64,000 bases of DNA. Origin: Macrostomum lignano (Eukaryota). Under the pieces are notes generated by a model that did no database searches, was not told where the DNA came from, and saw only the letters and a list, made by a program, of their open reading frames with translations. Positions within the stretch are counted from its first letter, which is position 1. The number at the start of each line of letters is the position of its first letter. Location of the stretch: contig NIVC01000184.1 in NCBI GenBank assembly GCA_002269645.1, forward strand, positions 372,001 to 436,000, given 5' to 3'. Below are positions 39,153 to 51,233 of this stretch, piece by piece. A program made the translations under genes and the position numbers.

Positions 39153-39304
39153 CGAGTATCCCACCACCAATGACCTTGACCTGACACCTCGTCAAAGGTG
39201 ACGCGGGTGGCATTGATGGAAGCGAGCTGGCGGGCCAGTCGACGCAGATAATATGGCGGCACCACTCGATCATTGCTGCCGACTCGAAGGAAAATAGGTA
39301 GCCC
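39153..39304 (-). CDS. Secreted alpha/beta-hydrolase, C-half exon 1 (putative catalytic Asp and His)
   Basis: Acceptor CTTCGCAG|GGG (phase 0), donor CG|GTAATA; GLPIFLRVGSNDRVVPP...GQGHWWWDT. Confidence 0.9.
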
Positions 39305-42300
39305 CTGCGAAGGTAGAATTTTTATTAGTAAACTCGATAACGATATTGTTTTAATATTAAAGTACAAGTGGATAGATGATTTGCAGCTTCTGACAGAGTT
39401 ATCACATTGATTTGATAAGCAAAACTTTACATTAAAATCAATGAGCAGACTTCACAAGCTTATATAGAAAACATGCAACAATATTGGGTTTTGAGTTGAA
39501 TTACACAATAGACTCATAGCCGTAGGCCAATATGGAAACAGTTTGAAAAATAAAAAAGTCGATAGCCAGATTGGCCAAGTCAGGTAAGTGTTGTGCATGT
39601 ACAATATAAATATTTACACAACAAAATAAAGGTAAGTTTAGCTCAGTCAAAGCAATCCTAACACCAGTTGCTCAAGGCAGCCTTGACACATTGCTTTGGC
39701 AACATAGCAAAGCTGAAATAAAATTAGCTGAAAAGTTATTTTGAATTTTGATCATGACAAAATTTAAGTCTTAACAAAGCATAAAACAAATTGCTAAAAC
39801 TGTTTTTGACCAAGAAATGTTTTTCCTATGTTCAATATTTAACAAACTGTGTTAAATAAGCAAGGTACCTTACCACAAAACTATTGTAAGTCCATTCTAA
39901 AAAGGGTTATTTTTTGCTATTTTAGCTCTAATATATGGAACTTAGCTTAAGAACCTAGAAAAAGTTAGTTAAGAGTAATAAATATTGCAAAATATTAGTA
40001 TCCAATTATAGATAAATCTGATGAGTTTGATATTAAAGTGGTATTTAAAAAGATTTTATTGATAATTGACCATTTAAAGTAGTAGATTATAAAATGTCTT
40101 GATAGGTTTCTGATTGAAAATTTAGGTCTGAGGATTGTTTACTTTAAGTATAATTAGCATTTAAGCTTTCAAACAGAAAATATAATTTAGTATACCATAA
40201 ACATAGACATAGGATCAGGTAATAGGCATTTAATTTTTATTTGTACTAGTGCTATGCCTTTATAATAGTATACTCGAATGTTCTTTCAATGTAATAACTG
40301 TATCTTTCTTAGAAACTGAATCTACGCGAAACGCTAAATAATAGTTTGTTTTAATGCGCGAAATAAATTGGGGAAATAATTTTTTGTTATAAATGTATCG
40401 GGAATTCAGGGGTATATATAGGAGCGGTTTTGCGACAAATATACTCCAACTGTCTTTTACCCGTGAGCAAATAATTGCGAACAGAATAAGCAGTTCAATC
40501 TAAACCATTTCAAAGTCTTTGAGCTAAATAGCAACTTATTCATTTGCAAAACCTGTGAAACGATTCTAAGAAATTTGCTAAGAGAAGGGAATTGGGACTA
40601 ATTCTTGGAGATATACTAAGAGAGGCGCCATGACCCTCTAGTCTCGGTGAACGCCCGATTAGGACTATACACTAATACATATACCAGTACTAGACCGCTC
40701 AGGCCATAAGCTACCAGAACGCTACCAGAAAGCTACCCAGAAATATTTAAATGAAATTCTAAGAAATAGTTAGGGAGTAGAAACAAGTATAATCAGGATA
40801 ACTTTAGTTGGCAAACAGGAAGAATCACCCCTGTAACAACTTGGTGGCAATAGTGAGATAGTTGGAGGACAGAAGTAAGCCCTGCGACAACTTTGGTTAC
40901 AGCGGTAGGATTTTGTACCGTACGGGAATACCCCTACGACACATTAGATATTAACAAAATTCAGGCCTTATTTATATTAACACCATTCAAAAAATTATTT
41001 GAACAAATAACACCTAGGCCTAATTGTGCAGTGGCACTAAATATTTTAAGCTTTAAATTTCTAGATGCTGTTTTTTATGTTTAAATGTATATATACATAT
41101 TATTCTGTGCTATTGTATAAGACACAAAAAATTATGCATTAGCATGGGCACCATATATAATGTTTAATTTCTAGATGGCTGCTTTTGGATTTAGGTTTAG
41201 ATGTATACTTATTATCCTGCTCTATTGTACAAGACGCTTAAAATTATGGTAAAATTACAAAAAAACTAGTTTAACTACCTTACACTTACACCTTTGCTAG
41301 GCCTACAGCTGTACAGTACAGGTACTACACTTACACTACAGGCTACAATAAAAAATAGACTCAGAGAGTTAGTTCAATAGGTCTATATGTATATTGAAAT
41401 ACAATACAATTTTACATTTTTAATTTTGTATCTAATAAGTAAACGCTACAAGCCTTGGTTAAATAGTTCAAACTCATAGCTAAGCTTTGTCACCTAAAGC
41501 TTGTCACGTGAGCACCAGCAATTTTATTAAAGGGGGGCTAAAATTGCAAGTTAAACTGGTATCTGTAGCAAGATTCGTGGCTTTTTAAGAAGCAATCATA
41601 ACTTAAATTTTTCTGCCCTTGGTTTTTAGGACATGTTAGATCAAAATTAGCTAATTTCTTTCCTTACTAACTGAGTTAAGTTATATGCAAGAAATACTTT
41701 GTTATTTCTCACCTACGCGTGACTTCAAATCCATAAAACTAGACCTGCATGCATGTCGATCTTAATTATCGCTTTTAGCTGTCGATCGATCTACCATGAA
41801 TTGATTTAATGATCAAAATGAAGTAGAAAGACGCTGCACTCGGTTTTCCTATAATTATAAATGAGCTGCAGGCCAGTAAGGAAGATATATATTGTCGTAT
41901 CGCTATCTAGAGCACAGTTAGAGTAGTACGCAGCAACTCTTGAGAGATCGGATTCTTCCAGCTCCAGCACAGATTTTTCTCGACCGAATTTTTCGATGGC
42001 GAAATTCCATTCAGTGCTATTCGTTCTCTTGATCATACTAATACAACAATACGACAAATAAGCGTTCCTTACCATCAGCTTCAGCTCATTTAAAAAATGA
42101 ATTAATAGAGAGTAAAGAAAAGAAATAGACAGTCCATTATTCAAACTGAAATTCTTACATGCATCGTTATCAGAATCAACCAGACAAATCGTTTCCTCAA
42201 CAACAAAGAATTTATCCAATATGCACTCTCACTTCTTATCGATCCAGCATGGAGCCACATCGACGACTGCATAAATGTACATGTACACACATTCGGTCTT

Positions 42301-42727
42301 TAATAATAACTTGATTCGCCGGGGCGTAGCCTGAAGGGTCAATGAGGCCGCCCCCAGGCTGGGATAAAATTATAGGCCCCTTGTAGGTTCGGCGCCCTTC
42401 TTGATGGGGTTTCGGCCTTTTCGGCCCTTTTCGGGAAGCCTTCGGGCCTTAGCTGTCTCAGAAATAAATCAGTTAGAGTCCTAACCCCCCCACTCCTGTC
42501 AGATGGTCAGCCCCATGGTAGCTTGATCTTGTGGCGAGCAGTCTAGGTCCTATAGCTAAGAGAAGGAAAGCGAGAGACAAACAGGGAGAATTTTGAAGGT
42601 AGAGATCAGCTAATCTGCAGATTAACTAACCCGCTGCCACCAGCCCGTGCGTCCTGGCTCACCAAACCGGAACTTTCGAAATCGGGCTTCTGACTAGAGG
42701 GGACTTAACACTTACCTGCCAACTAGT

Positions 42728-43884
42728 TGTTGTGTCGTGACTAGGAGCCCGTAAAAGGGCCGTTCGTCTAACTAACCTTTTCTTACTTTTTCTTACTACT
42801 CTACTTTAAGTAGTGCAGTTAATAAATTATTCGTATATTGTATTGTGAAACGTATTTTTAATCACGTGTGTCACGTTATTGGCGTGGTGACTACAACCCT
42901 TAAAAGGGCCGTTTTGACGAGAATTGTCGCTAAGTCGTTGTAGTCCAAAAGTAATTGTGAAGTCAATTCTTGCGAAGCGGATTGTGTAGCGGAGCACTTG
43001 GCGTATAAAGGCAGGGGACTGCCGTAAGCTAATTTATTTTCGTTATTAATATGATAATTGATTAATGTCAATACAAAACTTATAGCGTTCTGGTTCTGGG
43101 GCACTGGCGGCTGCAACAATGGTTTTGAATGCAATTGGAGTTATGAAGTCAAGTAGTTAGCGAAAGATGCAGTGGCGACGCAACGTGGTAAGTGATGGCG
43201 GTGAGCATGCACAGTGATGGCAGTGTGTAGCAAGTAGACAGGCAGACAAGTAGTGGCGAGATTGGGCGTTTAGCCCGTGGCAGTACACGGTGGAGTAAGA
43301 GTGCGTAAACAGGCTGGCCCAGACAGAGGGGGCCGTGGCGAGAGATAAGGAGGCACGAGGCAGACAGGAGAGAGAAGGAAAACAAGAGGCCACGAAGCGA
43401 AGAAAAGTGAAAAAAACCCCAGCCCGCCGCCAGGCGGGGTTAATAAAGGAGCGCAGGAGGGTTAACATAATATATGCGGAGAGTTATCATTGGCTGGCGA
43501 GGGAAAAACAAGAAACAGAAATTATCGATCGCGCGTGACTCTACAGGCGTACGCAAAGCTTACAAAGTACGCAGTGATTTAGAAATTGATACAGATTAGT
43601 TGCGCGCTACTACAAGTAAACGTGAGAATACACAATTGGAAATTTTTAAATAAGAAATTGTAAGGAAAATTGTAGTCCAACGGCCCTTTTGCGGGACCAC
43701 TTTAAACTAGCAACGTCACAACGTGACATTTTGGCGGTTGAATTTTTCGATCGTGTAACAATTTACTGTTAAATATCAAATATAAGCGCGGGTTGCCCTA
43801 AGTGGAGCTCGCACTTTTTTTCCGGCAAAAATTCTTACCTGCCACGTACTCGTGTTTCCTGTGTTAGTCTGTTGAGACACCACA
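42728..43884 (+). repeat. 5' LTR (interrupted by nested solo LTR)
   Basis: 42820-42868 plus 43721-43884 match 47080-47284. Confidence 0.9.
42869..43720 (-). mobile_element. Nested solo LTR of a related family, antisense
   Basis: TGTCACGTT...AACGTCACA termini, 5-bp TSD ACGTG (42864-68, 43721-25); the empty site is visible in the 3' LTR. Confidence 0.85.
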
Positions 43885-43885
43885 T

Positions 43886-43899
43886 TGGCGACGAGGATG
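43886..43899 (+). promoter_or_regulatory. Primer-binding site, tRNA-Ser(GCU)-type, overlapping the gag ATG
   Basis: TGGCGACGAGGATG is complementary to the 3' end ...CATCCTCGTCGCCA of tRNA-Ser(GCU). Confidence 0.85.
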
Positions 43900-44690
43900 A
43901 GCGGACCCAGCCTTCCAGCACCAGCGTCTTTCCTTCCCGTGAGCGGCCAACCGGCAGTCCCGTGGCCACGATGGCTGGACGCGTTCGAATTCTTCTACAC
44001 GGCATCCCAGTTTCGCGAGCCGGAGGGGCAATCCGAGGCAGAACCCACAAAGAGGAATCTACTGCTCCACCTGCTCGGATTCGAAGGCCAGCGCATTTCC
44101 AAGGCGAGGCAAGCACTCACGGAGGGAGATTCCTTCAAGGAGACGAAGGCAAAGCTGGACGGGATCTTCGGAGAGAAGCCCAACGTGATGGTGGCTCGCT
44201 TCCGATTCCGCCAACGACACCAGCTGCCCGGCGAAGACGCGGAGTCCTTGGTGGCCGCGCTCAGGGAGCTGGCCGAGCCCTGCGAGTACGGAAATCTCCG
44301 AGACCAGCTCATCAGAGACCAACTGGCAGAGAAGACTGGCAGCGCTCGCATCCGGGAGCGACTGCTGACGGAAGACGCGGCTACTCTCACGCTGGAAAGG
44401 GCCCTCGCCATCGCCGTCACCATCGAGAAGGCGTCAAAAAGCTGTCAGGCTCTGATGGGCACAACGGAGCCCGTGCACGCGGTCCGGCAGGCGCAGAAGC
44501 CAAAGGCGAAGTGGAGTGGCGCGGCGAAGCCAGCTAAGAAAGGCCAGCAAAGTCGACCCGCCGCCAAGGCCTGCTCTCGCTGCGGACGCAGTCACGGCGA
44601 CGGCAACTGCCCAGCGAAGGGGCAGTCCTGCAACAACTGCGGCAAGATGAACCATTTCAGCCGTTGCTGCCGGAGCAAGGCGCTCCAAGT
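43897..44690 (+). pseudogene. gag: gag with tandem zinc knuckles
   Basis: WPRWLDAFEFF...RFRFRQRHQLPGE...CEYG...RDQL; CSRCGRSH...CPAKGQSCNNCGKMNHFSRCC. Confidence 0.9.
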
Positions 44691-47080
44691 TGACCGGCCA
44701 GGCTCAGGACGGCCCGGACGAGGCGGTCACTATATACGCCGTGCAGGGAGACGGTGAGATCCGTGCGCAGCTGCGGCTCGGACAAGCAGAGGTGCCGGTC
44801 AATACTCTGATCGACTGCGGCGCCAAGGTGTCACTGTTGAACGCCGACACGGCCGCGCTCCTGACCGACGTGCTACCTCAGCCGACAACGATGAAGCTGC
44901 GCGCATACGGCGGCAAGCTGATCGATCTCGTGGGCCAAGCGGTGGTTCCCGTTAAGCACAACAATTCCGCTCGCTGCAACACCTATTCTACATCGCGAAG
45001 CACGGCGACAACATCGCAGGTCGAGACCTCATGGATAAGCTTGGTTTCCATGTGAGCCTCTCCGAGGACGTCAGCGAGGTGAACAGCGTCGCGGAGCAGC
45101 TAGAGGCGCGGTTCCCAGCGGCCTTTAGCGAGCAGATCGGCTGCTGCAGCGGAGCCGTGCACAAGCCCGTCATCGACCCCTCCGTGCCGCCAGTGCGCCA
45201 GCCTGTGCGTCGTCTACCGCTGGCCAAGCAGCAGCTGGTGGAGGCTGAGCTCGACAAACTGGAGGCGGCTGGCATCATCGAGCGAGTCGACTCGAGTCGC
45301 TGGGTGTCAAACCTGGTGACCACCACCAAAAAGGACGGCAGCATCAGGGTCTGCGTCGATATCCGGGAGCCCAACAAGGCGGGGATATGCGATCAACACC
45401 CGATGCCCCAGCTGGACGACATCGCTGCCAAGATCAAGGGGGCCAAAGGACAGATCTTCAGCAAGGTGGACCTGAAGGCCGGCTACATGCAGATAGAGCT
45501 GCACGAGTCTTCGCGCGACCTGACAGCCTTCATCACGCACAAGGGCCTATACAGGTACTGCCGAGTGCCGTTCGGTTTGACGTCAGCGCCTGCGGCGTTC
45601 CAGCGCATGCTCGACGATCTGGTGGCCGACCTGGACGGCGTGGAGCACATCCTCGACAATTTCATCATCTTCGATGCCACCACGACGGAGCACGACCGCT
45701 GTTTGGAGGCTCTACTGCGGCGACTCAGTGACAGGGGCTTGACAGTGAACAAGCAGAAATGCGAGTTCCGACGGCCGCAGATCGAATTCTTCGGCTTCCT
45801 AGTTTCCGGCGACGGGTTCCGTGTTGGCGATTCGCGTACGCGTGCTTTCGAAGAGATCCGGGCTCCAACCTCCCAGAAGGAGCTGCAGTCGTTCCTGGGC
45901 GCCGCCAACTTCCTCAGGCGTTTCATCCCACACTTCTCGGACACCACGGAGCCGCTGCGCAAGCTGCTTAAGGCCGACGCGGAGTTCAGCTGGTCCGAAG
46001 AGTGCCAGCATTCTTTCGACGCGCTGAAGCAGGCGGTCAGCAGCCCGCCAGTTCTGGCTTTGTTCGACCCGCAGCCGTCACGATTGTCACTACGGACGCC
46101 AGCTCAGTCGCCCTGGGCGCCCAGCTGTCCCAGCTGCAGGACGGCGTCGAGCGGCCGATCGCCTTTGCCGCCCGAGCGCTCACAGAGACCGAGCGGCGCT
46201 ACGCAGCCAACGAACGAGAAGCCCTGGCGTGTCTCTGGGCCATGGAAAAGTGGCACTTTGAGCTCAGAACGGATCATCAGTCTCTGCGGCAGCTGCTGAT
46301 GGGACCCAGCGGCACCGGGCACCGGCCGCTCCGCATCCACAGGTGGTGCGATAGGTTCCAACAGTATGATTTCCACGTCCGCTATCTACCCGGCATGGCC
46401 GACCTCCTGTCCCGGTGGAGCAACGGCTTCGACATGAACTTCGTCCAGCTGCCCGACACCGCGATGCCCAGGGTGCCTGCGTTGTCACTGTCCGAGCTGG
46501 CGGAGGCGACGACCAAGGACGAGACGCTGCGACGGGTGCGGCAACACGTGCTAAACGGTGACTGGCCCAGGCGCACAGCAGACCCCGAGCTCAAGCCGTA
46601 CCTGCTGGCGCGACAACACCTAAGCGTCTGGCACGACGCTTCCTGCCTGGCGTTTCAGGAGCGAGCCGTCATTCCGGCGGAGCTGAGGCGCGGCGTCTTG
46701 GAACAGGCGCACACCGGACACCCAGGCGTGGTGCGCACAAAACAGATCCTGCGAGAGTCCGTTTGGTGGCCGCGACTCGACGCTGACGTCGAAACCTTCA
46801 TCAGGGGCTGCGGCGCGTGTGAGACGGCGCAGAAGAACTTCAAGCTGCACCCAGCGCCGCTGCAGCCGATCGAGTGGCCCGCGGGTCCGTGGGAGGAGAT
46901 CGCCGTCGACATCGTCGGTGAACTGCACGAAACGCCGCAATCGTCCCGGTTCCTGCTGGTGGCTACGGACCTGCATAGCAAGTGGCCGGAGGTCTTCGCC
47001 ACGGCTAGCGTCACAACCGAAACCGTCTGCAAGGTGATGTGGTCCCTGTTCGCTCGCTGGGGTCTCTGCAAGAAGGTCAT
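44690..47080 (+). pseudogene. pol: pol (protease-RT-RNase H-integrase), frameshifted and truncated
   Basis: LIDCGA protease; KVDLKAGYMQI, PFGLTSAP and ILDNFII RT motifs; TDASSVALGAQL; HTGHPG...CGAC zinc finger; IAVDIVG integrase cut off at WGLCKKV; frame changes at ~44980 and ~46075. Confidence 0.92.
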
Positions 47081-47284
47081 AAATTTATTCGTATATTGTA
47101 TTGTGAAACGTATTTTTAATCGCGTGACATTTTGGCGGTTGAATTTATCGATCGTGCAACAATTTACTGTTAAATATCAAATATAAGCGCGGGTTGCCCT
47201 AAGTGGAGCTCGCACTTTTTTCCGGCAAAAAGTCTTACCTGCCACGTACTCGTGTTTCCTGTGTTAGTCTGTTGAGACACCACA
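47080..47284 (+). repeat. 3' LTR, 5'-truncated by deletion
   Basis: Directly abuts the truncated integrase; no PPT or first ~95 bp of the LTR. Confidence 0.88.
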
Positions 47285-47725
47285 CTAGTGTCTTTTTGCT
47301 GTCAATCTCGAAGTCATAGCCGATGATAAGGGACAACTGCTGGGACTTGATCGCATTGGCTATGCAGGTACAGAGGGGACTGGTGCAGGGGATTCTTGCG
47401 GTGGCGAGCCTATGGGGTAGCTACATGTAGTATTACATTGCTAAATACGAGGAATTGTGCGTTTGGTTTTCAACGTGCTAACCAGCCTCTCGTAGCGCTG
47501 ATGATAGACTAACTCGAACCTCAGAGACCGCATGATTCAATACCCGAGCCGCTTGGCGAATCTAGAGTACACAGAGTACATCTCTAGCGCAGATTTTGCA
47601 ATATTGGCAATTTTGCTAACTGATTTGATAGATTGATTGACTGAGAACTGCCTTGCCATTGGTCCACTGTGACCGGCGCCTACTAGCTTAGCTGCTCATC
47701 TGAGCCATCGGCGAACAAAGAAATA

Positions 47726-49355
47726 AAACCGATAAAAATAACTGTCAGATTTAACCTTCTCACTGAATCACTTCACACTTCATATTGAATTGGAGTAATC
47801 AGACTACTAACAGTATTATTAAGTGATTTCTGCCTCAATAAAAGCGCTACTGAAAAAATGAGCAAAAGTGTGCACCTAATCCAGCTACTGCAATAGGGGA
47901 CAGATAAGGAATCACCCAATCAAGCAAGTCTAGGTAGCCTCTCACCCAACCAATCAGAAACTCAACAGCCGGAGACCAGGTAATCCCAGTGACCGAATCA
48001 GCTTAGTGCTTCGCAGCTGTAGGCCCGGGATGATGCTGATGTCACAATCTTCGCTGATAGCTAGCAGGTGATGATCTTTAACCTTGATGTTCGCTGCTGA
48101 CGACCGGGGGGATTCGTCCTTGATGATGACGGGGGAGTCGCGATCCGGGGATCAAGAGACGACGGTCGCATGTAGCAGCCGGGTGTCAGGTGACAGGTGA
48201 CCGGCCAAGTTTTAGTCTGAGCGGGCCAGAAACGCCGGTTTTTATAGCCGCCAACTGGACCGCAATTTGTTATAATGAAAAACCTCGACGCTGATTGGCT
48301 GAGCCGATTTGTTATAACTGACATGGAATTTTCTGATTGGCTGAGCTTGTTGCCACCCAAACTCACGTGACCAGAAGATCCTATCAGTTCCCTCGGGGCC
48401 AAAAAAATACACCAGGTGCAGTCATAAATCACTCACAATCGCTACACAATGATTTATGACCTTTCGCGAAGGAATGATAAAAGATAATGAAAAAATATAC
48501 ATTAGAAAGATCTTATTAAGTAGAAAGTGAAGATAATGAAGAGAAATCGCTAATCGCTAATCCCAACGTACTTTTAGGGGTAAAACGCATAGCTGTCAGA
48601 GCTGTCACACGCTTGAGTAAACACGAACAATAGGCCCTGACCTCATAAATCTGATGGCCTGTCAAAAATTATGAGAAAAAAGCTACCGCCCGCATCCCCT
48701 CAGACCATCTGCATGGCGCCAGCCTCAGCATTGAGTGAGGCGCAGGTGGCTGTCAGACCAGCTCAAAAGCGATGATTTATGACCCCAAAAGTAGCGAAAA
48801 CCGCGCCTATGTTATTATAACTACAAGTATGGCAAAATTATATAGCTACAAAAGTTCTACTAGTGTGAAGTCTAGCAACACAACAACAACAAGTTACGCC
48901 CCAGGGTCGATGTTGGGCGTCACAGGTCGCGCCTCAGAGCACGGGAGCGGAGAAAGGCCGGTCCACCGGCCTGGTCGGGGGCGCCAGCATCGGCCAGCAG
49001 GCAGTCCGGATACCGCCGAGTGCGCGCCTGCCCCCGCCGGAAAGGCGCCGGGAGCGCAAGCAGCAGCGTTTCCTGCGCCGGCTCGGGGCAGTACGCCTCA
49101 GCGCGGATGAGGTGGCCTGCCAGCTGGAGCCGCCGGCGGCGGAGCAGATCGCTGGGCGGGCCAGGCGAGCTCGGGCGTACAGCGCCACGTTGGTGACATG
49201 CTCGCCGCCGCTGATCTTGAAGGCAGCGAAGGCATGAATTCTAGGAAAATTACATAAAAAGGAGAAAAATGCCCATAGCCTGCTGTTAGTAGGCTAACTA
49301 GTAAGTTTGGAGCCCATGTGCGCGCGTGAAATTTGGAAAAAAAGTGCGTCCTCAT
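47726..49355. mobile_element. Second copy of the long-TIR foldback element (left TIR missing)
   Basis: 47726-48230 matches core 2225-2755 and 48240-49296 matches the right TIR; interrupted by a LINE fragment. Confidence 0.88.
48868..49236 (-). mobile_element. 5'-truncated RTE-like LINE 3' fragment with (TTG)n tail
   Basis: Minus strand encodes LRRRRLQLAGHLIRAE...RRGQARTRRYPDCLLAD; tail TTGTTGTTGTTG; flanked by TGAAGTCTAG/TGAATTCTAG (TSD-like); absent from copy 1. Confidence 0.8.
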
Positions 49356-49644
49356 CACTCTTCCAAATTTTAAATGTAAAAGTTAGCCAACAACTACTGT
49401 ACTTTGTGAGACGATTTCGTACTTTGATGTTGGCGCCTTTTTGAAACTGGATCGAGCCCCCCGATATGTCACATTGAGGTGGTACCTCGATCGATCTGGT
49501 CACGTTGCTCCGTGCTGGCGCCCCCATTAAGACATATTATCTAGCTCCCACCCTGATCTTCCGACTGACATTTACAAAAAATTAACAACCATCATGCTTG
49601 AACTGTATAGTATAAACACCTTTATATGCATTATTATGTCGAGG

Positions 49645-49840
49645 GGGAGTCGTAGCCTACTAGTGGTCTAGCGCGGCACTAGTTCTTATGATTCCAAGTG
49701 CAGTCACATTAATTTGGGGCTAAATTGGAACCTCGGCTTGGCTCTGCTCGTGCAATTGACGCCCTTTGAGGGCCAACCCCTTAGGTACACTGAAGTATAC
49801 ATGCCTAATGATAAAAAAGGTTAGGGCCGCTGTACACTCG
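49645..49840 (+). mobile_element. tRNA-derived SINE, family B
   Basis: Homologous to 15355-15565, with a deletion in the tRNA head. Confidence 0.7.
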
Positions 49841-49904
49841 TGTGTGAGTGCAGGTGCCTGTGCGTATGCATGACACGCGCTTGTGTGCCTTCTCACGGAA
49901 GCCG

Positions 49905-50225
49905 GGAGATCGACGTCGATGGACGTCGGGAACGTCGGCCAGACGTCGCCAACGTCGGATCGCTGTAATAGCTGACTGCTTTGCCCAAGTACAGCTGTCA
50001 GTCAACAAGTCAAGTGTCACGATCGTAATGTCAATGTTGAACAAGGGTCTACGAGCTACGACGTTTGCCAGAGGGACGTTTGCAAGCGGCAACTTGTTAA
50101 AGAATTGTGCCCTCTCTAGGCGTACATGTACTTGCATTTGAAAACTAAAACTGCAACTGCATACTGCAAACGTCGGCTGGCAAACGTCGGCTGGCAAACG
50201 TCGGCTGGAAAACGTCGATATCCCG
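49905..50225. repeat. Cluster of (A)ACGTCGG subterminal-type repeats (possible EnSpm/CACTA-like non-autonomous element)
   Basis: GACGTCG/AACGTCGG repeated ~10 times, including (AAACGTCGGCTGGC)x3; a similar ACGTC-rich patch lies at 495-665. Confidence 0.4.
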
Positions 50226-51080
50226 TTGAACCAACAACAGGATATATAATGTTCAACATTTGTTAAAATTTTGTTTGTTCAACATTGACATAGTCATCTT
50301 GACACCTTAAATAACTCTATTAAGGGCTGTTCATGGTACATAGCCTAATGATGTCTACAATAATTCAGATTCTTCTTTTGCAAAAAGCATTTGACTGTTG
50401 TTTTATCACTTAGCTAACTATACCGCTAGTATATAGTTCAGCACGTATGCGAACTATTCTGCTCCTTACATACATAATTTGGGTAGCCTAAAGCCAATTT
50501 TAAAATGACTACAGCTAGACTCATGATTATTACTGCGCCCATGGAACGGGCATTTGAAATGTCTCGAAACTTCTTCCTGTTATTGGAAAGGAGAGCTCAA
50601 ACAGGGAGGGGTGGAATCGCGCGCTTCTTTAGAGAAGGTTGTATAGCTACTCTGATCGAACCCACTGCATTGTTTGCCTGGAAGCGCATGGAGTGGGTTG
50701 TTCGTCTCCACGCCCCTCCACCTTCCCAACTCCTTATACTGTGCATTGATACTCGCGATTCTGCTGGTACCACACCTCCGCGCCATGGTGCAGTGGGCAG
50801 TCACGGGGAATTTCCCAAAATGGTCCATAGCTATAGACTGCAGTTCCTGAATGCATGGACGAAGTAACTTTGGTAGTGTCGAAGTCCATGCATGCAGGAA
50901 GGAGGTGGAGTGGTATGGCTGAGTCTCTCTGGTCGATAGCAGCTGGTTTTTTGACTTAGGAATAATCGAAACCATTTTAAGAACCTGCAGGCTCGCCCGC
51001 AAAGCTCCCGGCTAATTCACTTCAGTTTAACTCTCCTGGTTTCTAGTGGAATATCTTAACCTAACTAAATCTTAGCAGTG

Positions 51081-51129
51081 ATGAAGCTCATCTTTCTACT
51101 AGCTATCGTGGCCGTTGCAGCCATCTGCC
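51081..51129 (+). CDS. Secreted lysine-rich protein, exon 1 (signal peptide)
   Basis: MKLIFLLAIVAVAAIC, donor C|GTAAGT, phase 1. Confidence 0.88.
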
Positions 51130-51233
51130 GTAAGTAAAATTCTATGATGATCCATGTAGTTTGCGCGTTCTACGACGCATCTCACCAAGCATTTAGTTAA
51201 GTCAAAACTTTTCTAATCTAATCTGTCTTTTAG

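Larger units (their letters stand above)
42728..47284 (+). mobile_element. Ty3/Gypsy LTR retrotransposon (Mag/K02A2.6-like), degenerate
   Basis: 5-bp TSD CTAGT (42723-27, 47285-89), termini TGTTGTGTC...GACACCACA, PBS, gag CCHC, protease, RT, RNase H, integrase; several frameshifts and a 3' internal deletion. Confidence 0.95.

Noticed and set aside
27567-39304. Bacterial contamination or recent horizontal transfer of the S9-like hydrolase
   Set aside because: Ten exons with canonical spliceosomal sites, and introns containing host SINEs and transposons.
41806-42219. 137-aa minus-strand ORF in AT-rich DNA
   Set aside because: TTG start, no recognisable motif and no consistent exon chain; may be a decayed transposon.
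43835-47080. Antisense and alternate-frame ORFs over Gypsy (likewise over the LINE at 61038-63421)
   Set aside because: Shadow ORFs of GC-rich coding sequence.
50505-51002. Overlapping 120/140-aa ORFs and a 17-bp inverted repeat upstream of the K-rich gene
   Set aside because: No recognisable domain or splice support; the inverted repeat alone is not diagnostic.
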